Source: Frankiales bacterium (lineage in GTDB: Bacteria > Actinomycetota > Actinomycetes > Mycobacteriales > SCTD01). Taken from it: a stretch of DNA of 64,000 nt. The translations under genes and the position numbers were made by a program. This document shows positions 1-10,278 of this stretch, in pieces. Location: the NCBI GenBank assembly GCA_025465145.1, contig JAODNS010000167.1, positions 2,621 through 66,620 of the forward strand, written 5' to 3'. The stretch's first letter is position 1. Every line of letters starts with the position of its first letter. The notes beneath the pieces are model-generated. The model saw nothing but the letters and a program-made list of their open reading frames with translations. It did not search any database and was not told the origin of the DNA.

Positions 1-613
1 TGCCGGGCAGCCCGTCCAGCTGGTCCGCCGTCGCGGCGTTCAGGTCGAGGAGCCCAGCGGCCGTCGCACCGGCCGCAGCCCCCGCGACGCCGACCAGGAC
101 CTGCTCGCCGTCGACCAGCCGGCGCGCGAGGTTGAGGGTGCCGACGCCGACGGTGGCGCCACCCGCCGCCCGGACCGCGTCGTCGACGCGGCTGCCGGCC
201 GGCAGTCGCACGAGCCCGGGTCGTCGCACTCTCCCCGCGACCGACACCACCACCTCGCCTCCCGGCGCCGCGCTGGCTCCGACCGCGACGCCGGCGCGCT
301 CGACGACGGGTGCCGCCACCTCCTGCGGTCGCGAGCGCAGCACGACCGCGCCGGCCGCAACCGCCGCCAGCGCGGCGAGCACCGCAAGTGCGGCCACCCC
401 CCGGCGACCGGGATCCAGCCGAGCCCAGGAGCCAGGGGCGGCAGCACCCACGGCGACATGCGGCGTTGCCGGCTCGACAGCACCCACGGCGACAGGCGGC
501 GTGGCCGGCTCTGGCGGAGCATCCTCCGGCGGCACCCACCCCGCCCGCACCACCGCCGTCAGCCGCGCGAGCGCGCCCTCGACCTGCTCGGGCGGGACGC
601 GGCGGCGGAGCAC
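1..613 (-). CDS. comEA: ComEA-like DNA-binding competence protein, N-terminal part (3' end lies beyond the left window edge)
   Basis: The minus-strand frame is open to the window edge, so it is absent from the ORF track. The translation reads VLRRRVPPEQVEGALARL..., then a TM segment AALAVLAALAAVAAGAVVL, an SLBB-like segment VVVSVAGRVRRPGLVRLPAGSRVDDAVRAAGG, and LLDLNAATADQLDGLPG (start of the helix-hairpin-helix). A GTG start sits at 611-613, right after the stop of the upstream frame. A comEA gene near leuS is a common actinobacterial arrangement. Confidence 0.7.
   Translation of the reverse strand, partial: MLRRRVPPEQVEGALARLTAVVRAGWVPPEDAPPEPATPPVAVGAVEPATPHVAVGAAAPGSWARLDPGRRGVAALAVLAALAAVAAGAVVLRSRPQEVAAPVVERAGVAVGASAAPGGEVVVSVAGRVRRPGLVRLPAGSRVDDAVRAAGGATVGVGTLNLARRLVDGEQVLVGVAGAAAGATAAGLLDLNAATADQLDGLPG
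443..514. repeat. 36-bp tandem duplication (2 units, 31/36 identical) inside the comEA N-terminal region
   Basis: Unit A (443-478) is agcacccacggcgacatgcggcgttgccggctcgac. Unit B (479-514) is agcacccacggcgacaggcggcgtggccggctctgg. On the minus strand they encode EPATPPVAVGAV / EPATPHVAVGAA. Confidence 0.85.
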
Positions 614-690
614 ACGGCGACGCTAGGAACGCCAGCCACACCGAGCCGCAGAAGAACCGCGCCCTGTGGAGCACCGACCCAGCCTGTGGA

Positions 691-3043
691 TCAGCCCGCG
701 ACGTACGCCGCCAGGTGCTCCCCCGTCAGGGTCGACCGCGCTGCCACCAGCTCCGCCGGCGTCCCCTCGAACACGACCCGGCCGCCGTCGTGCCCGGCCC
801 CCGGTCCCCATGTCGATGATCCAGTCCGCATGCGCCATGACGGCCAGGGAGTGCTCGATGACCACCACCGACCGGCCCACCTCGACGAGCCGGTCGAGCA
901 GCCCCAGCAGCTGCTCGACGTCCGCCAGGTGCAGACCGGTCGTCGGTTCGTCCAGCACGAAGACCGAGCCCTTGTCGCCGAGCTGCGTCGCCAGCTTCAG
1001 CCGCTGCCGCTCGCCGCCGGACAGCGTCATCAGGGGCTGGCCGAGGCTGGCGTACCCGAGCCCCACGTCCGCCAGCCGGTCCAGCACCACCACCGCCGCA
1101 GAGACTCCCGCGCCGGTGAAGAACGCGCGGGCCTCCCTCACCGACATGGCCAGCACCTCGCTGATGTCCTTGCCGGCAGCCGGTATCCCAGCACCGACGC
1201 GTCGAACCGCCGCCCCTCGCACTGCTCGCAGGTGGTCGCGACGCCGGCCATCATCCCGAGGTCGGTGTAGACCACGCCCGCGCCGTTGCAGCTGGGGCAG
1301 GCACCCTCCGAGTTCGCGCTGAACAACGCCGGCTTCACCCCGTTCTTCTTGGCGAACGCCTTGCGGATCGGCTCGAGCAGGCCCGTGTACGTGGCCGGGT
1401 TGCTCCGCCGCGAGCCGCGGATCGGGCTCTGGTCGACCGACACCACACCCGCACGACCGGCGACGGAACCCTGGACCAGTCAGCTCTTGCCGGATCCCGC
1501 CACCCCGGTCAGCACCACGAGGACACCGAGCGGGATGTCCACGGTCACGTCGCGAAGGTTGCGCGTCCGCGCCCCGCGCACCTCCAGCACGCCTGTTGCA
1601 GAGCGCACCGCCTCCTTCAGCCGGGCCCGGTCGTCCAGGTGCCTGCCCGTCAGGGTCCCGCTCCGCCGCAGCCCCGCGACGGTTCCCTCGAAGCAGACGG
1701 TGCCACCGTCGGCGCCCGCGCCGGGTCCGAGGTCGACGACGTGGTCGGCGATGGCGATCGCCTCCGGCTCGTGCTCGACCACGAGCACCGTGTTGCCCTT
1801 GTCGCGCAGCCGCAGCAGCAGGTCGTTCATTCGCTGGACGTCGTGCGGGTGCAGGCCCGTCGTCGGCTCGTCGAAGACGTACGTCACGTCGGTCAGCGCC
1901 GAGCCGAGGTGGCGGACCATCTTCGTCCGCTGCGCCTCGCCGCCGGACAGCGTGCCGGTCGGCCGGTCGAGCGACAGGTACCCCCAGCCCGATCTCGGCG
2001 AACGACTCGAGCGTCGCGCCGAGCGCCGCCAGCAACGGTGTCACCGAGGGCTCGTCGAGCTCGCGCACCCACGCGGCCAGGTCGCTGATCTGCAGCGCGC
2101 ACACGTCCGCGATGCTGTTGCCGCGGATCTTCGACGACCGCGCCTGCTCCGTCAGCCGGGTACCGGCGCAGTCCGGGCAGGTCTGGAAGGTCACCGCCCG
2201 CTCCACGAACGCGCGGATGTGCGGCTGCATCGACTCGGCGTCCTTGGACAGCATCGACTTCGTGATCTTTGGGATCAGGCCCTCGTACGTGAGGTTGATG
2301 CCGTCCACCTTGATCTTCGTCGGCTCCTTGTACAGGAGCGCGTCGAGCTCCTTCTTGGTGAACGTCCGGATCGGCTTGTCCGGGTCGAAGAAGCCGCAGC
2401 CGCTGAAGATGCGCCCGAACCAGCCGTCCATCGTGTAGCCGGGGATCGTCAGCGCGCCCTCGTTGAGCGACTTGCTGTCGTCGTACAGCTGCGTCAGGTC
2501 CATGGCCTTGACCGAGCCGCGTCCCTCGCAGCGCGGGCACATGCCGCCGACGATGCTGAAGCTGCGCCGCTCCTTCGTCGTTCGGCCGCCCTTCTCCGTG
2601 GTCACGGCGCCGGCGCCGCTGACGGACGCGACGTTGAACGAGAACGCCTGCGGGCCGGCCACGTGCGGCGTGCCGAGCCGGCTGAACAGGATGCGCAGCA
2701 TCGCGTTCGCGTCCGTGACGGTGCCCACCGTCGACCGCGGGTCACCCCCCAGGCGCTGCTGGTCGACGAGGATCGCGGTCGTCAGCCCGTCGAGGACGTC
2801 GACCTCCGGCCGGGCGAGCGTCGGCATGAAGCCCTGCAGGAAGGCGCTGTACGTCTCGTTGATGAGCCGCTGCGACTCCGCCGCGATGGTCTCGAAGACC
2901 AGGGAGCTCTTGCCCGACCCGGAAACGCCGGTGAACACCGTCAGGCGGCGCTTGGGCAGCTCGACACTGACGTCCTTGAGGTTGTTGACCCGCGCGCCCT
3001 GCACGCGGATCAGGTCGTGGCTGTCGGCCGCGCTCTTCGGCAC
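691..3043 (-). pseudogene. UvrA-family ABC ATPase paralog (short UvrA2/DrrC-like form), disrupted by 3 indels and 1 in-frame stop
   Basis: UvrA-like sequence (VNNLKDV, GVSGSGKSSLVFETI, zinc-finger CPRCEGRG and CPDCAGTR, LSGGEAQR, LSGGERQR, VLDEPTTGLH) is split over two frames. There is a +1 shift at a C5 run near 1968-1975 (EIGLG|YLSLDRP). An in-frame TGA lies at 1480-1482 (AGSGKS*LVQGS). There is a -1 shift near 1190-1200 (GYRL|GKDISEVL) and a +1 shift near 795 (IIDMG|PGAGHDGGRVVFEGTPAELV...AAYVAG, with the stop at 691-693). Confidence 0.85.
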
Positions 3044-3046
3044 GGG

Positions 3047-3445
3047 TCAGGTCTGCGCGATACGCACGAGGTTGCCGGACGGGTCGCGGAAGGCGCAGTC
3101 GCGCACGCCCCAGAACTGGTCGGTCGGCTCCTGCAGCACCTCGGCGCCCGAGGCGCGCAGCCGCTCGAAGGTCGCGTCGAGGTCGTCGGTCCGGAAGATG
3201 GCCGCTTGCAGCGACCCCTGCGTCACCAGGGTCAGCAGCGCGTCGCCCTCTGCCTGCGAGCGGCCGCCGTGTGGCTGCGACAGCACGATGTCGACGTCCT
3301 GACCTGGACCGCCGATGGTGACCCACCGGAAGCCGTCGGCGGAGACGTCGTTGCGCACCTCGAGACCGAGGCCGTCGCGGTAGAAGGCGAGCGCCTCGTC
3401 CGGGTCGTGGACGAGGACGAACATGGAGGACACGGTCACCGTCAT
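3047..3445 (-). CDS. VOC/glyoxalase-family protein
   Basis: A 132-aa ORF. The sequences MFVLVHDPDEALAFYRDGLGLEV ... FWGVRDCAFRDPSGNLVRIAQ are typical of the glyoxalase/bleomycin-resistance fold. Confidence 0.8.
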   Translation of the reverse strand: MTVTVSSMFVLVHDPDEALAFYRDGLGLEVRNDVSADGFRWVTIGGPGQDVDIVLSQPHGGRSQAEGDALLTLVTQGSLQAAIFRTDDLDATFERLRASGAEVLQEPTDQFWGVRDCAFRDPSGNLVRIAQT

Positions 3446-3499
3446 GAGCCGACCGTACGAGGGCCGGCCGCCGGCGCGCTTCTCCGATCCTGCTCGATC

Positions 3500-3910
3500 T
3501 CAGGCGGGGATGCTGTGCCGCCGCGGGCGCGACGCGACCATGCTGACGCACGGCGGCACGTGCTCGGTCCCGCTGTGGTCCCGGGCGGCGTACTGCGACG
3601 GCGTCTCGCCCACGATCTCGGTGAACCGCGAGCTGAACGAGCCGAGGGAGGTGCAGCCGACGGCGAAGCAGGTGTCGGTGACGGACTTCCGCTGTCGCAG
3701 CAGCGCTTTCGCGCGCTCGATGCGACGGGTCATGAGGTACGAGTACGGCGTCTCGCCGTAGGCAGCGCGGAACCGGCGGGAGAAGTGCGCCGGCGACATC
3801 AGCGCCGCCCGCGCCATCGCCGGCACGTCCAGCGGCGACGCGTAGTCCCGGTCCATCAGGTCCCTCGCCCGGCGCAGGTGCGCGAGGTCGGCGAGCTCCT
3901 CCGGCGTCAT
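3500..3910 (-). CDS. AraC-family HTH transcriptional regulator (short, DNA-binding domain only)
   Basis: A 136-aa ORF with LMSPAHFSRRFRAAYGETPYSYLMTRRIERAKALL and VTDTCFAVGCTSLGSFSSRFTEIVGETPSQY, which form a tandem AraC-type HTH. Confidence 0.8.
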   Translation of the reverse strand: MTPEELADLAHLRRARDLMDRDYASPLDVPAMARAALMSPAHFSRRFRAAYGETPYSYLMTRRIERAKALLRQRKSVTDTCFAVGCTSLGSFSSRFTEIVGETPSQYAARDHSGTEHVPPCVSMVASRPRRHSIPA

Positions 3911-3923
3911 CGCCCGACCGTAC

Positions 3924-4472
3924 TCAGCCGCGGGCGAGTCGGCGGACGAAGTTCGCCTGGTGCCGCGCGACCACGACGAGCGCGAGCAGCGCCGCCCAGA
4001 GCACGTCCTCGTGCAGCAGGGCGGCGACGACGAGCACCGACAGCGCCGCGCACACCGAGGCGAGCGCGATCCACCGCGAGCCGGCGAGGACCAGCAGCCA
4101 CACTCCCAGCACGACGAGCGCCCACAGCGGGTGGACGCCGAGGATGGCGCCGAGCGCGGTGGCGACGCCCTTGCCGCCGCGGCCGCGCAGGAACGGCGAC
4201 GTCACGTGCCCGAGCACGGCCGCGACGCCCGCGACCAGCCCGGCACGATGGTCGACGGCGCCGAATGCGGCTGCCGGCACCAGTCCCTTCAGCACGTCCA
4301 GCAGCGCCACGACGACCCCGACGCGACGGCCGAGCGCCCGTCCCGCGTTGGACGCTCCCGGGTTGCCGGAGCCGACGCCGCGCAGATCGACGCCGGCGCG
4401 GCGCGCGGCCAGCGTGGCCGGCGACACCGCGCCGACGAGGTAGCCGACCACCAGGGCGAGCAGGTTGCTCAC
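3924..4472 (-). CDS. plsY: glycerol-3-phosphate acyltransferase PlsY
   Basis: A 182-aa membrane protein with LVGYLVGAVSPA, GSGNPGASNAGRALG and GGKGVATALG motifs typical of PlsY. Its start overlaps the degV stop. Confidence 0.85.
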   Translation of the reverse strand: MSNLLALVVGYLVGAVSPATLAARRAGVDLRGVGSGNPGASNAGRALGRRVGVVVALLDVLKGLVPAAAFGAVDHRAGLVAGVAAVLGHVTSPFLRGRGGKGVATALGAILGVHPLWALVVLGVWLLVLAGSRWIALASVCAALSVLVVAALLHEDVLWAALLALVVVARHQANFVRRLARG

Positions 4473-5305
4473 CGCCGCGACACCACGACCCCGAGCAGCC
4501 CGGGGCCCACGTGCGCACCGACCACGGCGCCGACCTCCGACACGTGCAGCAGGCCGAGCTGCGGCAGCCGGGCGCGCAGCCGCTCCGCCAGCGCGTTCGC
4601 CTTGTCTCCGGCGGCGAGGTGGTGCACGGCCACGTCGACGGGTCCGTCGCCGGCGCGGTCCACGGCGAGCTGCTCGAGCCGGGCGAGCGCCTTCGACGCC
4701 GTGCGCACCTTCTCCAGCGGCGCGATCTTCCCGTCCAGCACGTGCAGCAGCGGCTTCACCGACAACGCCGTGCCGACGAGTGCCGCCGCCGCGCCGATGC
4801 GCCCGCCGCGCCGCAGGTGCTCGAGGGTGTCGACGTAGAACAGCGTCGCCGTGTCGGCGTTCGACGCGGCCGCCTCCACGTCGTCCACCGAGCCGCCGCC
4901 GGAGGCGACCGATGCCGCGGCGATGACCGCGAAGCCCAGCCCCATGGCGATGGTGCGGCTGTCGACGACCCGTACCTCGATGCCGTCCTTCTCCACCTCC
5001 GCGGCGGCAGCGCGGGCAGCGTCGACGGTCCCGGACAGCCCGGCTGACAGGTGCACCGAGACGACGCAGGTCGAGCCCGCGCCGCGGTAGGCCGCCGCGA
5101 GCTCCGCCGGCGTCGGGCGCGACGTGGACACCTGCATCCGCCGCTCCGCGAGGGCGGCCGCCACATCCGCCGGCGACACCTCGATGCCCTCGACGCCGGT
5201 GCGCAGGCCGAGCACGACGTGCAGCGGCACCACGCTGATGCCGTGCTCGTCCGCCACGCCGGGCGGCAGGTACGCCGTGCTGTCGGTGACGACCGCGACG
5301 TCCAT
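4469..5305 (-). CDS. DegV-family fatty-acid-binding protein
   Basis: A 278-aa ORF. The sequence VAVVTDSTAYLPPGVADEHGISVVPLHVVLG ... FYVDTLEHLRRGGRIG is the DegV pattern. Confidence 0.85.
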   Translation of the reverse strand: MDVAVVTDSTAYLPPGVADEHGISVVPLHVVLGLRTGVEGIEVSPADVAAALAERRMQVSTSRPTPAELAAAYRGAGSTCVVSVHLSAGLSGTVDAARAAAAEVEKDGIEVRVVDSRTIAMGLGFAVIAAASVASGGGSVDDVEAAASNADTATLFYVDTLEHLRRGGRIGAAAALVGTALSVKPLLHVLDGKIAPLEKVRTASKALARLEQLAVDRAGDGPVDVAVHHLAAGDKANALAERLRARLPQLGLLHVSEVGAVVGAHVGPGLLGVVVSRR

Positions 5306-5315
5306 GCGGGGGACC

Positions 5316-7781
5316 TTACGCAGGGACGACGTTGACCAGTTTCGGCGCGCGCACGACGACCGTTCGTATGCCGGCGCCGGCCAGTGCGCGGACGACGCCC
5401 TCGGACGCCAGCGCCAGCGCGCGCAGCTCGTCCTCGGCGATGTCCGGCGACACCTCCAGCCGCTCGCGGACCTTGCCGGCCACCTGCACGACGCAGGTCA
5501 CCGTCTCGTCCACCAGCAGCGCCGGAGCGGCACTCGGCCACAGCGACGCGTGCACCGAATCGCCGCTGTCGACGTCGTGGCCCAGCCGCGACCAGACCTC
5601 CTCGGCTGCGTACGGGGCGTAGCAGGACAGCATCGTGGCCAGCGCCTCGACGCCGTCGCGCAGAGACGCCGGTCCCGCAGCTCCGGCGTCGACCGCCTTG
5701 CGCAGGGCCGACGTCAGCTCCATGAAGCGGGCGATGGCGACGTTCAGCCGGTGCCCCTCGACCAGCCGGGTGCACTCGTCGACCGTCTTCGCAACCACCT
5801 TGTCCACGGCGGCGTCCCGAGCAGGTCCGGACAGCTCAGCCACGTCCGTCGCCAGCCGCAGCACGCGGGCCAGGTACTTCACCGAGCCCGTGGGCGACAC
5901 GTCGGCCCAGTCGACGTCGTCCTCCGGCGGCCCGGCGAACAGCATGGTCAGGCGGACCGCGTCGACGCCGTACGACGCCAGCTCGTCGCCCAGCTGGACC
6001 ATGTTGCCCTTCGACTTGCTCATGGCCGAGCCGTCGAGGATCACCTGGCCCTGGTTCAGCAGCGCGGTGAACGGCTCGTCGAAGTCGACCAGCCCCATGT
6101 CCTTCAGCACCTTGGTGAAGAAGCGGCTGTACAGCAGGTGCAGGATCGCGTGCTCGACGCCGCCGACGTACTGCGCCGCGGGCATCCACTGCCGGACCGC
6201 CTCGGGATCGAACGGCCCGTCCTCGTAGTGCGGCGAGCAGTAGCGCAGGAAGTACCAGGAGGAGTCGACGAACGTGTCCATGGTGTCGGTGTCGCGCTCC
6301 GCGGGTCCGCCGCAGGAGGGACAGGGGACCTCGACCCAGGTGCGATTCGAGGCCAGCGGCGACTGGCCCTTCGGCTGCAGCTCCTCGCCTTTCATGTCGG
6401 ACGGCAGCCGCACCGGCAGCTGGTCGTCCGGGACAGCCACCTCGCCGCACGCCGGGCAGTGGACGACCGGGATCGGCGCGCCCCAGAACCGCTGGCGGGA
6501 CAGCAGCCAGTCGCGCAGCCGGTAGTTGATGGCGCCCTTGCCGCCCCCGCGCTGCTCCAGGTCCGCCACGACGCGCTCGATCGCTGCGGTCTTGCGCAAC
6601 CCGTCGTACGGCCCGCTGTTGACCAGCACGCCGTCGCCGGTGGTCGCGACGCCACTGACGGCCGGATCGGGCTCCCCCGTCTCGACGACGACGCGGACCG
6701 GCAGGCCGAACCGCAGCGCGAAGTCCAGGTCGCGCTGGTCGTGCGCGGGCACAGCCATGATGGCGCCCGTGCCGTAGTCGGCCAGCACGTAGTCGGCGGC
6801 GTACACCGGCATCTGCTCACCGGTCAGCGGGTTGGTCGCCGTCACGCCCAGGTCGACACCGGTCTTCTCCCGATCCGTCGACTGCCGGTCGATGTCGGAC
6901 AGCTTGCGGACCTGCTCGCGGTACGTGTCGAAGGCCGCACGCTGCTCCGGTGCGCACAGCTCGTCCGCCAGCGCCGCGTCGGCGGCGACGACGAAGAAGG
7001 TCGCGCCGTACAGCGTGTCCGGCCGGGTCGTGAAGACGGTGACCGTCCGGCCGCTCACGTCGAAGTCGACGTGCGCGCCCTTGGACCGGCCGATCCAGTT
7101 CTTCTGCATCAGCAGGACCTTCGACGGCCAGCTGCCCTCCAGCTGCTGCATGTCGTCCAGCAGGCGGTCCGCGTAGTCGGTGATCTTGAAGTACCACTGG
7201 GTCAGCTCGCGCCTGGTGACCTCCGCACCGCACCGCTCGCACCGGCCGCCGACGACCTGCTCGTTGGCCAGCACCGTCTGGTCCTGGGGGCACCAGTTGA
7301 CCGCCGACTTCTTGCGGTAGGCCAGGCCTCGCTCGCGGAAGCGCAGGAACAGCCACTGGGTCCAGCGGTAGTACTCCGGGTCGGACGTGTGCAGCCGCGA
7401 CGACCAGTCGAAGCTGACGCCGTACCGCTTGAACGCCTCGGCCTGGATGTCGATGTTCGCGTAGGTCCAGGCGGCCGGGTTCTCGCCGCGCTTGATGGCC
7501 GCGTTCTCGGCCGGCAGGCCGAACGAGTCCCAGCCGACCGGGTGCAGCACGTCGTAGCCGCGCCGCATCCAGTACCGGGCGATCACGTCGCCGATGCCGA
7601 ACGCCTCCGCGTGACCCATGTGCAGGTCGCCGCTCGGGTAGCTGAACATGTCGACGACGTACTTCTTCTCGGCGCCGGCGCGGACGCCGGCCCGGTTCAG
7701 GTCGAGCCGGTCCCACACCGGCAGCCAGCGGTCCTGCACTGCGTGCGGGTCGTACACCTCACGGGTGTCTGGCTCGGTCAT
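5316..7781 (-). CDS. leuS: leucine--tRNA ligase
   Basis: An 821-aa ORF with a class I HIGH-type motif ([13 protein letters not shown]), a KMSKS-type motif (SAMSKSKGN), and the editing and anticodon-binding regions typical of LeuS. Confidence 0.95.
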   Translation of the reverse strand: MTEPDTREVYDPHAVQDRWLPVWDRLDLNRAGVRAGAEKKYVVDMFSYPSGDLHMGHAEAFGIGDVIARYWMRRGYDVLHPVGWDSFGLPAENAAIKRGENPAAWTYANIDIQAEAFKRYGVSFDWSSRLHTSDPEYYRWTQWLFLRFRERGLAYRKKSAVNWCPQDQTVLANEQVVGGRCERCGAEVTRRELTQWYFKITDYADRLLDDMQQLEGSWPSKVLLMQKNWIGRSKGAHVDFDVSGRTVTVFTTRPDTLYGATFFVVAADAALADELCAPEQRAAFDTYREQVRKLSDIDRQSTDREKTGVDLGVTATNPLTGEQMPVYAADYVLADYGTGAIMAVPAHDQRDLDFALRFGLPVRVVVETGEPDPAVSGVATTGDGVLVNSGPYDGLRKTAAIERVVADLEQRGGGKGAINYRLRDWLLSRQRFWGAPIPVVHCPACGEVAVPDDQLPVRLPSDMKGEELQPKGQSPLASNRTWVEVPCPSCGGPAERDTDTMDTFVDSSWYFLRYCSPHYEDGPFDPEAVRQWMPAAQYVGGVEHAILHLLYSRFFTKVLKDMGLVDFDEPFTALLNQGQVILDGSAMSKSKGNMVQLGDELASYGVDAVRLTMLFAGPPEDDVDWADVSPTGSVKYLARVLRLATDVAELSGPARDAAVDKVVAKTVDECTRLVEGHRLNVAIARFMELTSALRKAVDAGAAGPASLRDGVEALATMLSCYAPYAAEEVWSRLGHDVDSGDSVHASLWPSAAPALLVDETVTCVVQVAGKVRERLEVSPDIAEDELRALALASEGVVRALAGAGIRTVVVRAPKLVNVVPA

Positions 7782-7814
7782 CGCTCGCTCTCCTGTGGCT
7801 CAACTGGTCCCGAC

Positions 7815-7843
7815 AGAGAAGAAGCCCCCGTGTTCACGAGGGC
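7815..7843 (-). terminator. Stem-loop followed by a U-rich tract in the leuS leader (possible attenuator)
   Basis: The minus-strand RNA reads GCCCUCGUG-AA-CACGGGGGC, a 9-bp stem with one G-U pair, followed by UUCUUCUCU. It ends about 35 nt upstream of the leuS ATG. No upstream minus-strand gene reads into it. Confidence 0.3.
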
Positions 7844-7937
7844 GCCGCACTGACATGGATCGTCGTCAGCGCGGCTCGGGAAGGAGCAGGAAGGCCATGC
7901 CGGCATCGTACGCCGCAGCCCGCCTAGTCTCGCAACC

Positions 7938-8969
7938 GTGATCGACGCCGCGCCCGTGCGGGACTCCCCCTGGCGCAGCGCGTCGGCCGCCGAGCGCAGC
8001 CGCCGCCGACGTCTGCTGCTGCTCGTCACGGTGCTGTTCGTCGGCGTGACGGCCGTCTTCGGGTTCCCCACCGGACGCGAGGTCATCACCGGCTGGGTGC
8101 TGCTGTTCCTGTACGCCGCCTGCGCCGGGCGGTTCGGCGTCTGGTGGCGCGTCGTCGTCCGCGACTGGGTGCCGCTGATCGCCGTGCTGTTCCTGTACGA
8201 CTTCCTGCGCGGCTCGGCAGAGCACGTCGGTGCCCGGCTCGCCGACCTGCCGACGCTGCAAGCAGATCGGCTCAACACCGCCTTCACCGCCAAGGCGCAC
8301 GTCACGGAGATGATCCGCTTCGACGACTGGCTCTTCGGCGGCCACGTCCCGACTGTCTGGCTGCAGCAGCACTTCTACGACCCGGGCGTCGTGCACTGGT
8401 GGGACGCGGTCGTCGTACCCGTCTACTTCTCGCACTTCGTCGTCTCGCTCGGCGTGGCCATCGCGCTGTGGGCGGTGCGCTACCAGCTGTTCCGGCGGTA
8501 CGTCTGGACGTTCGTCGCGCTGACCGTCATCACCCTCGCGACCTACGCGCTGTTCCCCGCCGCGCCGCCCTGGATGGCCGGGCTGAACGACTACCTTCCG
8601 GAGGTGGCGCGGACCGCGTCGGACACCCTCAAGGCGATGGGCGGGCACACCGTCAACTCCGCGGTGGAGCGGGGCGCGGCGTACTCGAACCGCGTCGCCG
8701 CGATGCCGTCGCTGCACGCCGGCGTTCCCGCGATGCTGCTCGCCTTCGCCTGGCCGCACGTACGCCCGCTCGCGCGGCTCGGCCTTGCCGCGTACGTGCT
8801 GCTCATGGCGGGCTCGCTCGTCTACGGCGGTGAGCACTACGTCGCCGACGTGCTGGCCGGCTGGCTGTACGCCGTCCTCGCGGTGGTGGCAGTGCGCTGG
8901 TGGTTCTCCCGCAGGAACGGCGGAAGCCCCCCACCCGAGGGCGAGGGGCTTCCGGTCAGGACGGGCTAG
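7938..8969 (+). CDS. PAP2-superfamily membrane protein (AUR1/IPC-synthase-like phosphatase fold)
   Basis: A 343-aa polytopic membrane ORF. Its C-terminal part, AAMPSLHAGVPAMLL ... GGEHYVADVLAGWLYA, matches PAP2-type motifs. The start codon is uncertain (GTG at 7938). Confidence 0.7.
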   Translation: MIDAAPVRDSPWRSASAAERSRRRRLLLLVTVLFVGVTAVFGFPTGREVITGWVLLFLYAACAGRFGVWWRVVVRDWVPLIAVLFLYDFLRGSAEHVGARLADLPTLQADRLNTAFTAKAHVTEMIRFDDWLFGGHVPTVWLQQHFYDPGVVHWWDAVVVPVYFSHFVVSLGVAIALWAVRYQLFRRYVWTFVALTVITLATYALFPAAPPWMAGLNDYLPEVARTASDTLKAMGGHTVNSAVERGAAYSNRVAAMPSLHAGVPAMLLAFAWPHVRPLARLGLAAYVLLMAGSLVYGGEHYVADVLAGWLYAVLAVVAVRWWFSRRNGGSPPPEGEGLPVRTG

Positions 8970-9637
8970 GAGCGGGCAGCCTGCCGGTTCTGCTTCTCGG
9001 CGTCGGCGAGAGCGGCGAGCCGCTCGGCCTTGCGCCGCTCGGCGTCGGCCGTCTTCTTCCCGGACACGGCCTCCGTCAGCTGCGCCACGGGAGCGGCGGT
9101 GCGGGCCCGCTCGGTCGCGTCGATGCGCGCCTCCTGCGCGTCCAGCTGCGACGTCACGGACTGCACCTTGGCGCGGGTCCGGTCCTCAACGCGCTTCTTC
9201 TCGGCCTGCGCGCGCGCGTTGGCCGCACGCTCGGCGCGCGCCTTGTCGGCCTGCTCCTCCTGGAGCGCCTGCTGCACGCCCTGGCCCTGCTGCGCCTTGG
9301 CCCGCTCGCGGGTCTTCTGCGCCTTCTTGGTGCCCTCGCGCAGCGTCGCCTCAGCGGCCTGCTTGCGCTGGTCCGCGACCTCCTCGAGCTCCACGGCCTT
9401 GGCAAGCACCTCGGAGCGGCGGCGCAGCACGCGGCCGCGGTCGGTCAGCGCGTCGTTGGCCAGCAGCGAGCCGGCCTTCTCGTCGAGGGTGCCGAGCGCC
9501 TTCTCGAAGCCGAGGCGGAGCTTCGAGTCGTCGTCGAGGAAGCGCACGACCACCTGGGACTGCAGCAGCGTCGCCGGGAGGCGCAGCGCCTTGTACTCGA
9601 GCGCCGCGACGGTGCGCGGCAGGGTGAGGACGTTCAT
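8966..9637 (-). CDS. Lys/Glu/Ala/Arg-rich coiled-coil protein of unknown function
   Basis: There is an internal ATG at 9635-9637 preceded by AAGGAG. The 224-aa product MNVLTLPRTVAALEYKALRLP... continues as a long charged heptad-like region. The longer 442-aa ORF prefix is Arg/Gly-rich and reads as noncoding. Confidence 0.6.
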   Translation of the reverse strand: MNVLTLPRTVAALEYKALRLPATLLQSQVVVRFLDDDSKLRLGFEKALGTLDEKAGSLLANDALTDRGRVLRRRSEVLAKAVELEEVADQRKQAAEATLREGTKKAQKTRERAKAQQGQGVQQALQEEQADKARAERAANARAQAEKKRVEDRTRAKVQSVTSQLDAQEARIDATERARTAAPVAQLTEAVSGKKTADAERRKAERLAALADAEKQNRQAARS

Positions 9638-9678
9638 GGGGATCTCCTTGTTCGACAGGTGGTTGGTGGGAGGCTGGC

Positions 9679-10230
9679 TCAGTCGAGGCTGGCGGTGAGG
9701 CGGTCCGCCTCGGCGCGGGCGCGGGCAGCGGCCTGCTCGGCCACCTCGGCGCGCGCGGCCTCCTGCTCGCGGTCGCGGCGGGCCGCGGCCTCCTGCTGCT
9801 CTGCCTGGCTCAGCTGGGCCTGCGTGCGGGCCTGCGTGCGGCGCAGCTCCTCCTCGGCCTCGAGCTCGGCCTGCCGCTTGGCGACAGCCTCCTCGCGGGC
9901 GGCCTGCGCCTCGGCGGCCTGCTCCTGCAGCTCGGCCGAGCGCACGGTGGCGTCCAGCTGCGCGGCGGCGGACGCCTCGACGGCATCGCGCTGCCGGTCG
10001 GCCGCGGCCTGCTCGGCGGCGAGCGTCGCCGCTGCCTCCTTCGCCTCGACCTCGGCGACGGCCTCGCGTGCGCTGGCGTCCTTGCGGGCCTGCGCCTCGG
10101 CCTGCTGCAGCTGGCCTTCGGCGGCCAGCGAGTCGTTGCCCAGGACGGCGCCGGCGACTTCCTTGGCCTTGCCGCTCAGCGATCCGAGCAGTCCCTTGCG
10201 TGCCTCGTCGGCGGGGCTGACGTCGACCAT
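9679..10230 (-). CDS. CsbD-like stress protein with a long Ala/Glu/Gln coiled-coil extension
   Basis: The N-terminus SGKAKEVAGAVLGNDSLAAEGQ matches the CsbD-family motif. The remaining roughly 140 aa are low-complexity A/E/Q/R coiled coil. Confidence 0.65.
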   Translation of the reverse strand: MVDVSPADEARKGLLGSLSGKAKEVAGAVLGNDSLAAEGQLQQAEAQARKDASAREAVAEVEAKEAAATLAAEQAAADRQRDAVEASAAAQLDATVRSAELQEQAAEAQAAREEAVAKRQAELEAEEELRRTQARTQAQLSQAEQQEAAARRDREQEAARAEVAEQAAARARAEADRLTASLD

Positions 10231-10278
10231 GTGGCTTCACTCCCGATGTCGGTTGGTGTGTCCCCTCTGTTCTGCCCC

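Noticed and set aside
1286-5047. A 1253-aa plus-strand ORF, and similar very long ORFs (5124-7853 plus strand, 35529-37172 plus strand, 37742-39421 minus strand, and others).
   Set aside because: These are Arg/Pro/Ala/Gly-rich low-complexity translations lying antisense to or out of frame with clearly conserved genes (UvrA-like, leuS, thiolase, PrpD). They are typical shadow ORFs of very GC-rich DNA.
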